Made by a program: the position numbers and the translations under genes. A stretch of DNA of 63,514 nt, the filler included, from Octopus bimaculoides (taxonomy: Eukaryota), in NCBI RefSeq assembly GCF_001194135.2. It is 5 parts of 5 records of this genome, joined end to end, with 100 filler letters (N's around TTAATTAATTAA, not from the genome) between each part and the next. Parts side by side here need not be neighbours in the genome. Positions count along the whole stretch, not along the records: positions 17,309 to 28,355 come from NC_068982.1; positions 28,456 to 59,380 come from NC_068984.1; 3 more parts are not named here. The stretch is one strand, 5' to 3'. This document shows positions 24,231 to 36,960 of this stretch, one piece after another. The notes under the pieces were generated by a model, which was not told the DNA's origin, searched no databases, and was given only the letters and a program-made list of their open reading frames with translations. Each line of letters begins with the position of its first letter. The first letter of the stretch is position 1.

Positions 24231-25146
24231 AATTAGTTTGACGTTTTATTTGTGGAATTTTTATTGCAAAATCACTGATACCAGTTTTATCTTCAATATC
24301 CATTCTTCAAAAGTCTGTAGTAACCTACATATTAACAAGCGGGTGTAATTATTAAAATTCATATCTAAATTAACTTACATCCTTTTTGTAACTATTCTAA
24401 AATAACTGTTTTATACAAGTTTCATTAAAGAAAAGCTGCTTGCCAGTTACAAATTGAAACCAGTCAAACCGGGAAATTTTAATAAATTACATTATTGAAT
24501 TTCTCAAAACTGTAGTCGTTTTAAAAATGCTTATTAGTCTGATCTGGAGAGAGCGGCTGTGCTCATGGCTTTGACAAGCCCTCCAAAACCAGTGAAATAG
24601 ACCCAGTTAATGTTCCGCTGGTATTGTCGTAAGGTGACGGTTGCAGTAAGAAAAATGCTTGAAGAGAATTCCTGGACGACCGACATTTCGGAAAGAAACA
24701 ATTAGAAGCTGATAGGGTAGAACCTGAACTCAATATTGGAAACAAGAAGACATAGATGTACGAGTTTCAATGGATGTAACACGAGCTCGGTCAACCAGCC
24801 AGCTCTCAGGACTTGATGATGTCACTGTAATGAGCGGTAGAAAAGGAGGAGATAGGAAACATATCTATGTGCCAGAGGCTATAGTGTGTTGCTGAACCAC
24901 TTCATTGTGGTACTCACATGAGCTTGGTAGAGAATCAGTTGTTCTTTAGTTGGTGTGTATGTATTCACAAAAACATACATACATGCATACACACATACAT
25001 ACACAACCAAGACACGCACGCACACGCACACACGTATCCCAAAAGATGTATTTAAAAAAGCCTCCCTTTTTTGTTTGTTTGCTTTCATTAAATTAAGACT
25101 ATTCAATTTTCACGGTTCCCTTTGCATTTTCAATGATAGTCTGTTT

Positions 25147-25160
25147 ATTGCCATGGCAAC
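25147..25160. promoter_or_regulatory. Near-perfect RFX X-box (ATTGCCATGGCAAC)
   Basis: One mismatch from the palindromic X-box GTTGCCATGGCAAC, about 1.04 kb upstream of the ELL-like ATG. Confidence 0.5.
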
Positions 25161-25342
25161 TATAGCAGCAAACAGTTTCGACTTCCGCTTGTGAGGACAT
25201 GGACTCATTTCATTGGCTAAAACTATATAACTTTAAATGCTTCTATCCTGTTAATTATTAACCCCCCGCCCCAAAATGGATGCAATATTGTCATTGTAAA
25301 TTATGACATGATACAGGGCGCAGCCATTACTCTGCGTATTTG

Positions 25343-25374
25343 TTACGTCATACATCACAAACTCATGACGTCAT
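25343..25374. promoter_or_regulatory. CRE cluster: TTACGTCA plus a second perfect ATGACGTCAT
   Basis: ttacgtca at 25343-25350 and atgacgtcat at 25365-25374. Confidence 0.5.
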
Positions 25375-25550
25375 ACTACTTTGTGTGCACATCTTAACGT
25401 AAAGTCGCTTTCATTGCATCTCTCTTCTTTGTAAACATTCACATTCACATACCACCTTTTACATACACACACATATATTCACACAGAGTTGAAACACTGT
25501 TTGATTTATTTTATTAGCGTACAATTTTCATCATCCCACTACCAAGTATA

Positions 25551-25792
25551 ACATCACCCCTTCTTTCCTTATTCATCTATCACCCCTTCCTTTCTTATTC
25601 ATAAACACAATCATATTATCATAGTACATTATCTTGGTAACCATGGGAGTAATGAAAAAAATATGACATCACCCCTTCCTTCCTTATTCAGTTATCAACC
25701 CTTCCTTTCTCATTCGTAAACACAAGAGTATTATTATAGTAGATTATCTCGGTAACCATGGGAGCTATGAAAAAATACAAAGCCCAACATCA
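25551..25792. repeat. Tandem duplication, about 115-bp unit x2 plus the start of a third
   Basis: Units start acatcacccc at 25551 and 25666 and acatcacc at 25787. Both complete units contain ggtaaccatgggag. Confidence 0.85.
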
Positions 25793-27255
25793 CCACCGGA
25801 TCATTCTACATATCAGTGTAATTTTTCGCGCAATTCCACCCAGCCGTTTGACCGTGACTCCCAAGACAAGAAAGAATCGCACATGTTAAATTTATATGTA
25901 TAGATCCATCGATCTGTCTGTTTCAGATACTGATTTTTAAATTTGTAATATGAAACAACTAGTCGTCACAAAAGTTGAGTAACGTCCCTTGTGCTTTAAA
26001 TATTGAGTTACTTCCCTCAACAAAATATTAGGTTTGTATTTGTACACTTCACTGTTTAGCATTGCCACCTCGTAAGAGAAGAATAGATGAAACGATTTAA
26101 GCCCTAAAAAATGGGGTACTTTTATATAAAATAGAAACCTCATAATGTTTCATCCTAGCTTACTGTTAAGGTAGTCATGATAAAACTATTCAACAATGAA
26201 CTCATAATTAAATCCAGATTTCATCCGAGAAGGGGTATACATTTTCTATCGACTTAAAACCAAAGATTAAGTGCTAAAAAAAAAAAAGCAATTCTATAAC
26301 AGGTAAACTTATTTAAAGAAGCCTTGGAAAAAAAATTATTATATAAAAATTTCCCACATTATGAAAAAATCTTAAAGGATATAAGAAGGTATAAAAATAC
26401 CACATATATACATAAAAAATATCACACACACATAATACATTTTGGATATAAAAAGAGCAAAAGAATAAAAAAAAAGTAAGGATAGATCGAGCTATTCTTA
26501 ACAAAAGCAAATTAAAAAATAAAGTAAGACAAGGTTATTTAAATTTTTGTAAGATGTAATATTACAGGCACTGGTGTATGTAGAGTCATATAGTTCCTGG
26601 GGGCTATCGAACATACTTAGGGGAGGCATAAGATCTGGTAATTCATTGTAAATATACTTATTATGACTGATAGGGAAGAACGTCTTAGAACAGAAGGAAA
26701 AACACTGCAATCTACGTAGAGGATGAATGCATAATAAACTGATAGGGGTTGTAATAGGGCAATATTATATATAATTCCATACATTAGAGGGTATGTTATG
26801 AAAGATGACACCCCAGATAATTTCTATCAAGAAATCATTGTATAAGTATAATATTATTTGTATAATATTAAATCTACCGGTACTGCTATGCACACATTCA
26901 TATCAAACCAGCTGCTGCTAACTACCTAGAACCCACAAGAGTTAAAAAGAGTGACAGAGACAGACAGAAAAAAGGAAAATGTCCCTTACATTTGAAAACT
27001 ATGGAAATATATTTAAAAAAACATTTCATTTAATTTGTCCACAATTTAATTGTTTTTCATGGTTTACTCTACGTTGAAAAAGTTGCAAAGACTGAAACCG
27101 GTACTAAAATGTTCTTCATGATAAAATTATTTTAGCATTTTCTTCCTTTGTCTTATTTTCTTTATGTATATATNNNNNNNNNNNNNNNNNNNNNNNNNNN
27201 NNNNNNNNNNNNNNNNNNNNNNNNNNNNNNNNNNNNNNNNNNNNNNNNNNNNNNN

Positions 27256-27300
<45 letters not shown>

Positions 27301-28607
27301 GTATGTATGCATGTATGTATGTATGTATGCAATGCATGCATGTATGTATGTATGTATGTATGTGTGTGTGTATGTATGCATGCATTAATCGAATTGTACA
27401 ATATTATATATCCAGTTCGGCTTACCTTATCGTTGGGTTTCGCATTAGAGGTTCAACAGAGTGTTAGGTAACAATCCGATTATGTAACCTTGTGCTCTTC
27501 AGAGGTAGCTGGGACTCTTACTTACACGGCTTACACACACGCCCGCGCGCGCAAGCGCACACACATATCTTTTTTTCTTTTCGTCTTTTACTTGTTTCAT
27601 TCTGTAGACTGCGTCAGACTGCAGCCATGTTGGGGCAATATTATCTTTTATCTTTTGTTTCGGTCATTAGGTTGTAGCCATGTAATATAGGGGTTTTAGT
27701 TCTTCTGAACGGCTTTGTTATGCGGATATAAAAAAAAAAAACACAAGCGGTGGGTCAGAAGACACAGTGGCCCAAAGACACACATACATACACACGCGCA
27801 CACCAACCACCAACCTCACTCTATTCCACACTTCCTTTTTCTTCCTTCTCATCCTTCTCACTTCCTCGTTTCCTCCTTCCCTCCCTCTTAACCTCCCATT
27901 TTCTCCTTCTTTCTCTTTCTTTCTTTCTCTCCTTTTCTCTTCTCTTTTTCATTGACTTTCTTTTTCCTCCTCCTCTCTTTCTCTTTGTTCCACTCTTCAT
28001 TCACATTTAGATTGCGCATATATGCGTATTATACGCACGTTCACTATATGTTCTTGCTTATTTTCTCTCTCTACTTCTTCCTTCCTATCCCAGCCTTTCT
28101 CTCCTCTCTTTTCTTCCTTTGCTATCTTTCTTTTTTTCCATTTCTTTCTTTCTTTTTTCTCTTTCTTTCTTTATTCTCTTTCTTTCTCCCTTTCCTTTTT
28201 TATGACAACTACATTCCCCCCGCCACCCCCTTTCCCATATTTAACGTTATTATAGAGACGTTACTCTTTACCCCTCCACTCCATAGATTAAGATACAATT
28301 CTCGTTACCAGTGCATAGGTTTTCCATGCGCAAACTTATATGCGTGTGTGCGTATNNNNNNNNNNNNNNNNNNNNNNNNNNNNNNNNNNNNNNNNNNNNT
28401 TAATTAATTAANNNNNNNNNNNNNNNNNNNNNNNNNNNNNNNNNNNNNNNNNNNNAGGTCACAGAAGTGTGACGAAAGAACTCTGGCCGAAATAAGATTA
28501 AGATTAAGATTAATGTAATATAAAGCTGAAAAAAAAAAAAAATTAACACCAAATATACAGTGCGTGTGTTTTTATTGGCTAAACTGGCAATATGACCATC
28601 CCCAAGT

Positions 28608-28645
<38 letters not shown>

Positions 28646-29334
28646 GAAAACGAAGGAAAAAGCACAACAAGAAAATAAACAACAACGCGAGGACGTGGTA
28701 CATGCAAAGTATTAAAAGACGCTCATGGATGGAAAGAAAGGTTGTTTTATGTTTCGAGCAAAGCTCTTCTTCAGAAACAGGTGACAGAGGAAAGTCCAAG
28801 AGACAAGGAAGATGGAGGGAAAAATCGTCAACAATCCACATGGAGTTACATTTTGGGGGACACCCTCACAGCTTTCTTCTATCGGTTACACTCACAAGAC
28901 ATTGGTCTGCCTGAGACTATAATCGAGAACCTTTATCCAGGATGTCACACAGGATGATCGAATCCGACAGTTCATGGTTGTAGAGTCAACTTCTTAACCT
29001 CGTAGCTATGCCGAGAAAATATTTCTTCTATTTTTATAGAACTAAATCTATTTCTTTTTAATTCTTGAAACAAGTCACAACGCTGGCGGCCTTCCCACGA
29101 ACAACTGCGATTAAATTTCATTAAAACAACAAAGATTCTTTTTTTTTTTTTACCAGCTCAAGTCTCAGGAAAGCCAAGTTACACTTGCGTTTAAAATGTA
29201 AACAAATAAAACGAATTAAACTTATATGTTACAATTTTCCGTAAACATTTGATGAAGGCCATTTTTAAGTGATGCATGGTTAGTCTAGATGAGTTAAAAG
29301 TAAAATACACTTTCTGTCAAAATATTGGTTTCAG

Positions 29335-29530
29335 AATTTGACTTAAGGCCAGCAATTTCGGGGGACAGCTTAAGTCGGTTACAGTACTCAACTGGTACTT
29401 ATTTTATCGACCTCGGAAGGATGAAAGGCAAAGTAGGCCGCGGTGGAATGTGAACTCGGAACGTAAAGACGAACGAAATACCGCTAAGCACCTGGCGCGG
29501 TGTGCAAACGATTCTGCCAGTTCACAGCCT
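29335..29530 (-). mobile_element. tRNA-derived SINE family B
   Basis: Contains actggtacttattttatcgacctcggaaggatgaaaggcaaagt...tgaactcggaacgtaaagacgaacgaaataccgctaagca. Confidence 0.85.
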
Positions 29531-29649
29531 TACTTTCTGCCAAAAATATGAAAAAAAAACAAAAAGAACTACCGATGGGAGGTATTAAAGTGTCACTCAA
29601 CTACAATATAGCTCTCTTATAGCCATTATTTTCCCGTTCTTTCTAATAC

Positions 29650-29822
29650 AGCGAGCTGGTAGAAGAGTTAGTACGTCGGAAAAAAATGCTTAGCGACATT
29701 TGGTCCGGCTCTTTATGTTCTGAGTTTCAAGTACAGCCGAAGTGAACTTTGCCTCTCATCCTTCGACTGATCCCTTCCTTCGAAGATTCATGGGCTTGTG
29801 CCAAAATTTGAAACCATTATTG
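29650..29822 (+). mobile_element. SINE family B, inverted relative to the 29335 copy
   Basis: gcgagctggtagaag...aaatgcttagcgacatttgg...gttctgagtttcaag...tgtgccaaaatttgaaac. Confidence 0.75.
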
Positions 29823-29988
29823 CTTTTCCATTCTTTCAGAACAGTGATAGAATACCTGAAGGCAACCGACTTTCAGTAATATTAGCATACGCTGCAACGA
29901 TTTGAAACGCACACGCATACACATACACAATATAATATTCGTTCCGCTACTGACTGGCAAACAATAAAATATTTGTAATACCTCGCCC

Positions 29989-30019
29989 AAATAATAATAA
30001 TAATAGTAATAATAATAAC

Positions 30020-30087
<68 letters not shown>

Positions 30088-30122
30088 TAATAATAATATT
30101 AATAATAATAATAATAATAATA
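29989..30122. repeat. (AAT)n microsatellite
   Basis: Directly visible. Confidence 0.97.
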
Positions 30123-31599
30123 TTAACGCTTTATTGGTTGAAAGATTAGGTGAAGGCCTATCGTTGACTTAATTTAGAGTACAAATATGTTGAAGACGCA
30201 TGAAAGAGGGACTAGATATGAATTAAATAAATGATTTGCTAAGTCACCGAGTTTCAATTCGTCTACATTCAATGATTAACGAGAGGAAATGAAAATGTTA
30301 CGTAACACTTAATGGGCTATTGGGTCAGAAGCGAAGAATTCATCTTCATGCAGTGTGTAAAAACCAAGTCAGCATGGCGGAAAGTTTCCTTCTCCAGGCT
30401 ATTAACTACAGTCAGATATAGCAGCTAGAAGGAGTGCGTGAAACGGATCGGTTCAGCAGAGAATCAAACATGTTTTTCGCCGTATCTGTTCGCATGGAAC
30501 TTGGGTATAAATATACAGTTACAATAGAATGTAATATCCACCTCCATATTCATCTCAGAAAACCTGATTCCAATCGAAAAATACACTGAATAAACACAGG
30601 TCATCACATACACTCTGGTCCATCCAACCACCCAGCCAAAATGATCCATCCATCCATCCATCCATCCAACCATCCATACGTACATAATACATACGCATAC
30701 ATATATGCCAGCAATTTATCAGTGATTATAATAACAGCCAGTATTATAAGTGGGTGAATATATGCGCACGCGCACACGAAGAACTTCCAGACAATTTCAG
30801 TTCATTAAATTCCGTTTACAATGTATGTACGTACACTGGTAAATCCATACAACAACACATATCTTCTAATCATTGACATATGTGATGGTATTACTTGGTG
30901 TTCAATCAATAACCTAGATAATTTGTGGTTTTCAGATAACAAAACAGGACATGTAACACGTATTCTGTAAGCAGACCAGAATTTGCAAGTGGAACAGCAA
31001 TATTATGTAAGACGTTTCTAAAGTTTCGCTAGTATCATGAAACGTTCTTGATTTCTAAATAGTAATTATTATGCTTTGTTTCTTTGGTTGAAAGAAAACG
31101 TCTCCATCCATCCATCCATCCATCCACCCATCCATTTATTCATCCATTTATTCATCCATTTATTCATCCATTTATCCATTAGCATATCTTAAGTATTAAG
31201 ACATCATGTACTTTGTAAGAGAAACATACGTTTGCTTTTATAAAACAAATGTTTTTAAATGATAGTGAGCTATGTTTATACAGATAATCTAGAAAATGTG
31301 ATATAGATAGAAATAATGTATAAATATAAATAGCATCGACGATCACACGCATGTATAAAAGCATACTTACATACATGCACACTGACAAGCATACACATAT
31401 CTAATGTTTATTTACAATAGCGAAGTGAGAAATAAGCATGCAAAAGGTTTTACTGATCACAATGATATTTGAAACATGTACAAAGATGAAGATGACAAAA
31501 TCTACAGTGTAATAGGTGAATTAAATGCAGTACTATAAATATTTTACTATTTCTACTACTCAATTTTTTAATATAAAAATGTATGAATCATGGGATCAT

Positions 31600-32168
31600 T
31601 TCAAACGAGTAATTACAGCTTTACCGCAGTTTTGACCACAGGCATGACAAGGGAGTGTCTGTAACTTGGTGTAAGTCATATGTCGCAATGGATTCTGCTT
31701 AAGGATAACGGTTTTTCAGGTTTCTTGCCGATCATCAATTTTTGCTGATGACTGTGTTTGTATTCGTCGACGAAAGCGTACACAGATGTATACACAGTAC
31801 AAGCCACTTATTGTGGTCATTTCGGAACGAATTATTTTACATATAAATAAGAGTCTAATAACACTTAAACGTGGACATCAAGGAGTGATGCTTCACTAGA
31901 GAACAGTAGACATCATCATTTGATGTGCATTTGTACAATCCGTAAATCACAAATGAATTTATGCTAATGCCGGATGCAAAGGAAAATGGATATTTTAAGG
32001 CAGCCATCGATAAGACTGACACTTTTATTGTGCAATTATTGTAGCTTGTTTTAATTATACAAAATGAAAATAAGTATAAAAATTACCGTTAAGAAAACGC
32101 GACATTTCTTTGCTTTTGCCCGTTTGGCAAACACATTCATGCAATTCTTTCCCACCGCTTAAGGGTTA
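31600..32168 (-). mobile_element. Possible piggyBac transposase relic with a TTAA-CCCT end
   Basis: agggttaa at about 32160. Minus translation fragments KHHSLMSTF, TLSSTNT and GKKPEK...MPVV loosely resemble piggyBac DDD motifs. Confidence 0.35.
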
Positions 32169-32289
32169 ATCAAGGGATATAACAATGTTTTAAAGTGTTT
32201 GAGATTCACTCATTTGATAACAAAAGCCAGTTGATAAATTTATCCGTGATTATACAAATGACCAACATTACACGATATGTATGTGTGTG

Positions 32290-32460
32290 GGCGCGCACGA
32301 AGCGCTACCTTACAATTTCAGTTAATCAAATACCATTTGCAAGGAATTGGTAAACCCAAGGCTAAGAAAGGAGACACTAGCCGAAAGTGACACGGAGTGG
32401 AATCGAATCGAACCCAGAACAAAATGGTTAAGAAACGAAATTCTTAACCATACAACCAAT
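32290..32460 (-). mobile_element. Degenerate SINE family A head
   Basis: caatttcagtt...aaacccaaggct...gagacact...aatcgaacccagaac resembles the family A head. Confidence 0.55.
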
Positions 32461-32587
32461 GTACGATTTCAAATTCGTTTGAAGTAGCGAGAGATACTGT
32501 GGAGTTGCCAATAACATTCCTGGTTAAATGAATATCATATACCTAAAATAGTTACGTCTTTATATGATCAATAGTGACTTTGGTTCA

Positions 32588-32832
32588 ACATCATCATCAT
32601 CATCATCACCACCGCCACCGCCACCACCACCACCACTACCACCACCATCACCATCACCGCCATCATTATCATCATCGTCGCCACCACGACCACTACCACC
32701 ACCATCATCATAATCTCGTTTTTATTACCATCATAATCATCGACGACACCACCACCACCACCGACACCGACACCGTCATGGTCGTCGTGGTCATCATCAT
32801 CATCGTAGTCGTCGACACTGCCACTACCATCA
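32588..32832. repeat. Degenerate (CAT)/(CAC)/(CGT) trinucleotide tract
   Basis: Directly visible. It produces the spurious poly-His and poly-Val ORFs. Confidence 0.9.
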
Positions 32833-33365
32833 CTTGGCTTCATGTATTCTTTGTTAAATATTCCTGCCGCAGATGTACAATCTCATTAAAGACGACATGA
32901 TTTGAAAACACGAGAATGAGGTAGCAGTACTAAAATAACAAACTAAACTAAAATATACTGTTTATAATTTCGTCTTCTATTTTCAGCAGTAGTGAACGAG
33001 AGAGAGAGAGAGACAACGAATAGATATCAGCAACATATTTTATTTATTATTTATCGTAGAACCATCAAAGAAATCGGCCTTGCACTTCTCTGATGATTTC
33101 CAAACCAGTAGAATAGCTGCTTCACTGTTTTTTTTATCAGCCTCTTTCAATGATGTAATGCGCTAAATCAATAAATTAATTTCCGTCCAAATTTAAACTA
33201 AACAGGATTCTTTTGTTGAGACATGTCAAAGAAAGCTAAAGACGAAGAATACTAGCAGCAAACAACATCAGATATATAAATTCGTATATACAATACTCAC
33301 AACACTTATATTTGTATATCTATAAATATTAATTATGTATACAATACTATATTATAATCCCATTT

Positions 33366-33425
33366 CAGCCGAACTTCCAATGGGTTTTGGGCACGAACAA
33401 AAAAACTCAACACTCATCAGAGCTG
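33366..33425 (-). ncRNA. Degenerate hammerhead-like motif
   Basis: cagct-CTGATGA-...gtgcc-cAAA-ac...gtt-C-ggctg. Stem I is cagct/ggctg and stem III is aac/gtt, but G12 is changed to C and stem II is poor. Confidence 0.35.
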
Positions 33426-33491
33426 ATCGTAAAAGTATGACACATTTGTTTGCCAGTGGAGGTCAGAAAGTGGCATAAAAACTAACATTAA

Positions 33492-33540
<49 letters not shown>

Positions 33541-33635
33541 GTCTGTCTGTCTGTCTGTNNNNNNNNNNNNNNNNNNNNNNNTATATATATATATATATAT
33601 ATTTATTTACATACATGAAACTGTCAGAATGCTGT

Positions 33636-33686
33636 AGACGCCTCTGATGAAAACCAAGTAAGGTTCGAAAATCGATTATGGTTGTT
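33636..33686 (+). ncRNA. Degenerate minimal hammerhead-like motif
   Basis: CTGATGA-a-aacc aagtaa ggtt-c-GAA-aatcgatt (palindromic stem III)-A. Stem I is weak. Confidence 0.4.
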
Positions 33687-35613
33687 CATCATTTTTTCAG
33701 TCTGCGGAGAAATAGTTAAAATTTGCTCGGCTTATAATTATACCATATGTTACACACACACACATATATATATGTATATGTATGTATATGTATGTATGCA
33801 TGTATGTATGCAATGTAATGTATTAATTTGTGTATATATATATATATATATATAAAATAATATGACAAAAGGAAAATCTTTGTTGCAGCGCACTTAATTA
33901 GTGCTCAATATGAGCAAAATATAACAAAACTCAAAGTGGATGACAGATTTTCGTAGGTCAAGTTCCTTTATCATTGGAATACAAAATACATATAAAATTT
34001 ATTGAGAAGTTAGGTTTCAAGCGCTACAATATTGCAACCCATAGAAAAGCAGTATTACAAAACCTCACGATACTTTCGATCGTTATATATAAATAAATAA
34101 ATATATATATATATATANNNNNNNNNNNNNNNNNNNNNNNNNNNNNNNNNNNNNNNNNNNNNNNNNNNNNNNNNNNNNNNNNNNNNNNNNNNNNNNNNNN
34201 NNNNNNNNNNNNNNNNNNNNNNNNNNNNNNNNNNNNNNNNNNNNNNNNNNNNNNNNNNNNNNNNNNNNNNNNNNNNNNNNNNNNNNNNNNNNNNNNNNNN
34301 NNNNNNNNNNNNNNNNNNNNNNNNNNNNNNNNNNNNNNNNNNNNNNNNNNNNNNNNNNNNNNNNNNNNNNNNNNNNNNNNNNNNNNNNNNNNNNNNNNNN
34401 NNNNNNNNNNNNNNNNNNNNNNNNNNNNNNNNNNNNNNNNNNNNNNNNNNNNNNNNNNNNNNNNNNNNNNNNNNNNNNNNNNNNNNNNNNNNNNNNNNNN
34501 NNNNNNNNNNNNNNNNNNNNNNNNNNNNNNNNNNNNNNNNNNNNNNNNNNNNNNNNNNNNNNNNNNNNNNNNNNNNNNNNNNNNNNNNNNNNNNNNNNNN
34601 NNNNNNNNNNNNNNNNNNNNNNNNNNNNNNNNNNNNNNNNNNNNNNNNNNNNNNNNNNNNNNNNNNNNNNNNNNNNNNNNNNNNNNNNNNNNNNNNNNNN
34701 NNNNNNNNNNNNNNNNNNNNNNNNNNNNNNNNNNNNNNNNNNNNNNNNNNNNNNNNNNNNNNNNNNNNNNNNNNNNNNNNNNNNNNNNNNNNNNNNNNNN
34801 NNNNNNNNNNNNNNNNNNNNNNNNNNNNNNNNNNNNNNNNNNNNNNNNNNNNNNNNNNNNNNNNNNNNNNNNNNNNNNNNNNNNNNNNNNNNNNNNNNNN
34901 NNNNNNNNNNNNNNNNNNNNNNNNNNNNNNNNNNNNNNNNNNNNNNNNNNNNNNNNNNNNNNNNNNNNNNNNNNNNNNNNNNNNNNNNNNNNNNNNNNNT
35001 TAGAAGTGATTGTCCCTCATACTATTACTACTAGATAAGAGACAATAAAATCAGAGAAAGTTTAGAATTTTTGCCTAGAACCAATTACTAGCCTGATAGA
35101 CTTGGCTATGTCAAGATGGATTTTTATGTATTCTTCCTCCCACTTGGATTTGAAATGTTGCCACTATTATAATATGTCTATTCTACTGTGATTTTCTTCA
35201 TTTTCCTGCAGCTGAAGATTGCTCTACATATTGCTTTTAATGTAATGCTCGCATTACTTAAATAAATGGAGTAGCATGAAACGTGCGTACTGCAAGAAAT
35301 CTTAAAATAAAACTGAACAATGACATACATACATACATACACACACATATATATATGGGAACATATATATAGGAAGAGAGGTATACGTGAGGAAAGATGT
35401 TGAGAGATATAGACAGATAAATATATAGCTAAGAGAAAAATTAACGACAGGTGTCAGAGTAAATGTAAGATAGGAATAATCCGAAAAACGAAAGATATAC
35501 ACTCACGCTCAAGACATATACCTGCACATATACATATGCACGTGTGAATGAAATGTGTGTGTGTGTGTGTGTGTGTGTGAAAATGTGTGCTTGTGTGTGT
35601 GTGTGCCAGTTCG

Positions 35614-35651
<38 letters not shown>

Positions 35652-36344
35652 AGGGAGGGAAAGGGAAGGAGAGGCGGAGAAAGGTTGAGAAAGAGAGAGA
35701 TAGTGGGCAGGAAAAGCAGAGCTTCTAGCCGATGGAACCGCAATAAGCAGTTTCGACGCCGAATTTATTATGGATCTTCGTTTATACGGNNNNNNNNNNN
35801 NNNNNNNNNNNNNNNNNNNNNNNNNNNNNNNNNNNNNNNNNNNNNNNNNNNNNNNNNNNNNNNNNNNNNNNNNNNNNNNNNNNNNNNNNNNNNNNNNNNN
35901 NNNNNNNNNNNNNNNNNNNNNNNNNNNNNNNNNNNNNNNNNNNNNNNNNNNNNNNNNNNNNNNNNNNNNNNNNNNNNNNNNNNNNNNNNNNNNNNNNNNN
36001 NNNNNNNNNNNNNNNNNNNNNNNNNNNNNNNNNNNNNNNNNNNNNNNNNNNNNNNNNNNNNNNNNNNNNNNNNNNNNNNNNNNNNNNNNNNNNNNNNNNN
36101 NNNNNNNNNNNNNNNNNNNNNNNNNNNNNNNNNNNNNNNNNNNNNNNNNNNNNNNNNNNNNNNNNNNNNNNNNNNNNNNNNNNNNNNNNNNNNNNNNNNN
36201 NNNNNNNNNNNNNNNNNNNNNNNNNNNNNNNNNNNNNNNNNNNNNNNNNNNNNNNNNNNNNNNNNNNNNNNNNNNNNNNNNNNNNNNNNNNNNNNNNNNN
36301 NNNNNNNNNNNNNNNNNNNNNNNNNNNNNNNNNNNNNNNATTAG

Positions 36345-36960
36345 ATCGATCCCAATGTTTAACTGGTAGTTATTTTATCGACACCGAAAAAATGAAATCC
36401 GGCTTCGGCGGAATTTGAACTCAGAACCTAAAGACGGACGACAAAATGCTGCTAAGCATTTTGTCCAGTGTGCTAGCAGTTCTACCAGTTTGCTACCTTA
36501 TTCTGGAAGAATAATTTTCAAATATTGGCACAAGGCCAGCAATTTCGGGGAAGGGACAGATCGATTAGATCGACCCTAGAACTCATCTGGTACTTATTTT
36601 ATCGACCCCAAAAGGATAAAAGGTAAAGTCGGCAGAACGTGAAGACGGACGAAATACCGCTAAGCATTTCGCCCGCCTTGCTAACGATTCTGCCGGCTCA
36701 CCACCTTATTCTTGAATAATAATAATTCTTTCAAACTTTGGCATGAAGCCAATAATTTTGAGGTTAGTGAGTGTGGGTTGTAAGTCGATTACTGGTACAG
36801 TGGCTTAAGATCCACTACAGTGGTTAAATGCAATTACTTGCTCCGGAAGAATGGGTGGTAAAGTCAAACCTGTCGGGATTAGAGTTAATAACACAAAGGG
36901 AAGCAACTAAATTTTAAGAAGTATTTTGTTTTAGCGTTCTACCGGTTCTACACCGTCCAC
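36345..36960 (-). mobile_element. Three tandem SINE family B copies
   Basis: actggta(g/c)ttattttatcgac...cggcggaatttgaactcagaac...gctaagcattt repeats at about 36360, 36585 and, more degenerate, 36790. Confidence 0.8.

Noticed and set aside
28690-28990. Overlapping short ORFs in a purine-rich block
   Set aside because: No recognisable motif or convincing splice sites in any frame.
32568-32900. Poly-His and poly-Val/Met ORFs
   Set aside because: Translation of a trinucleotide microsatellite, with no flanking domain or splice support.
36345-36960. Repeat-spacer-like periodicity suggesting CRISPR
   Set aside because: Units are about 200-bp diverged SINE copies in a eukaryotic context, with no cas genes.
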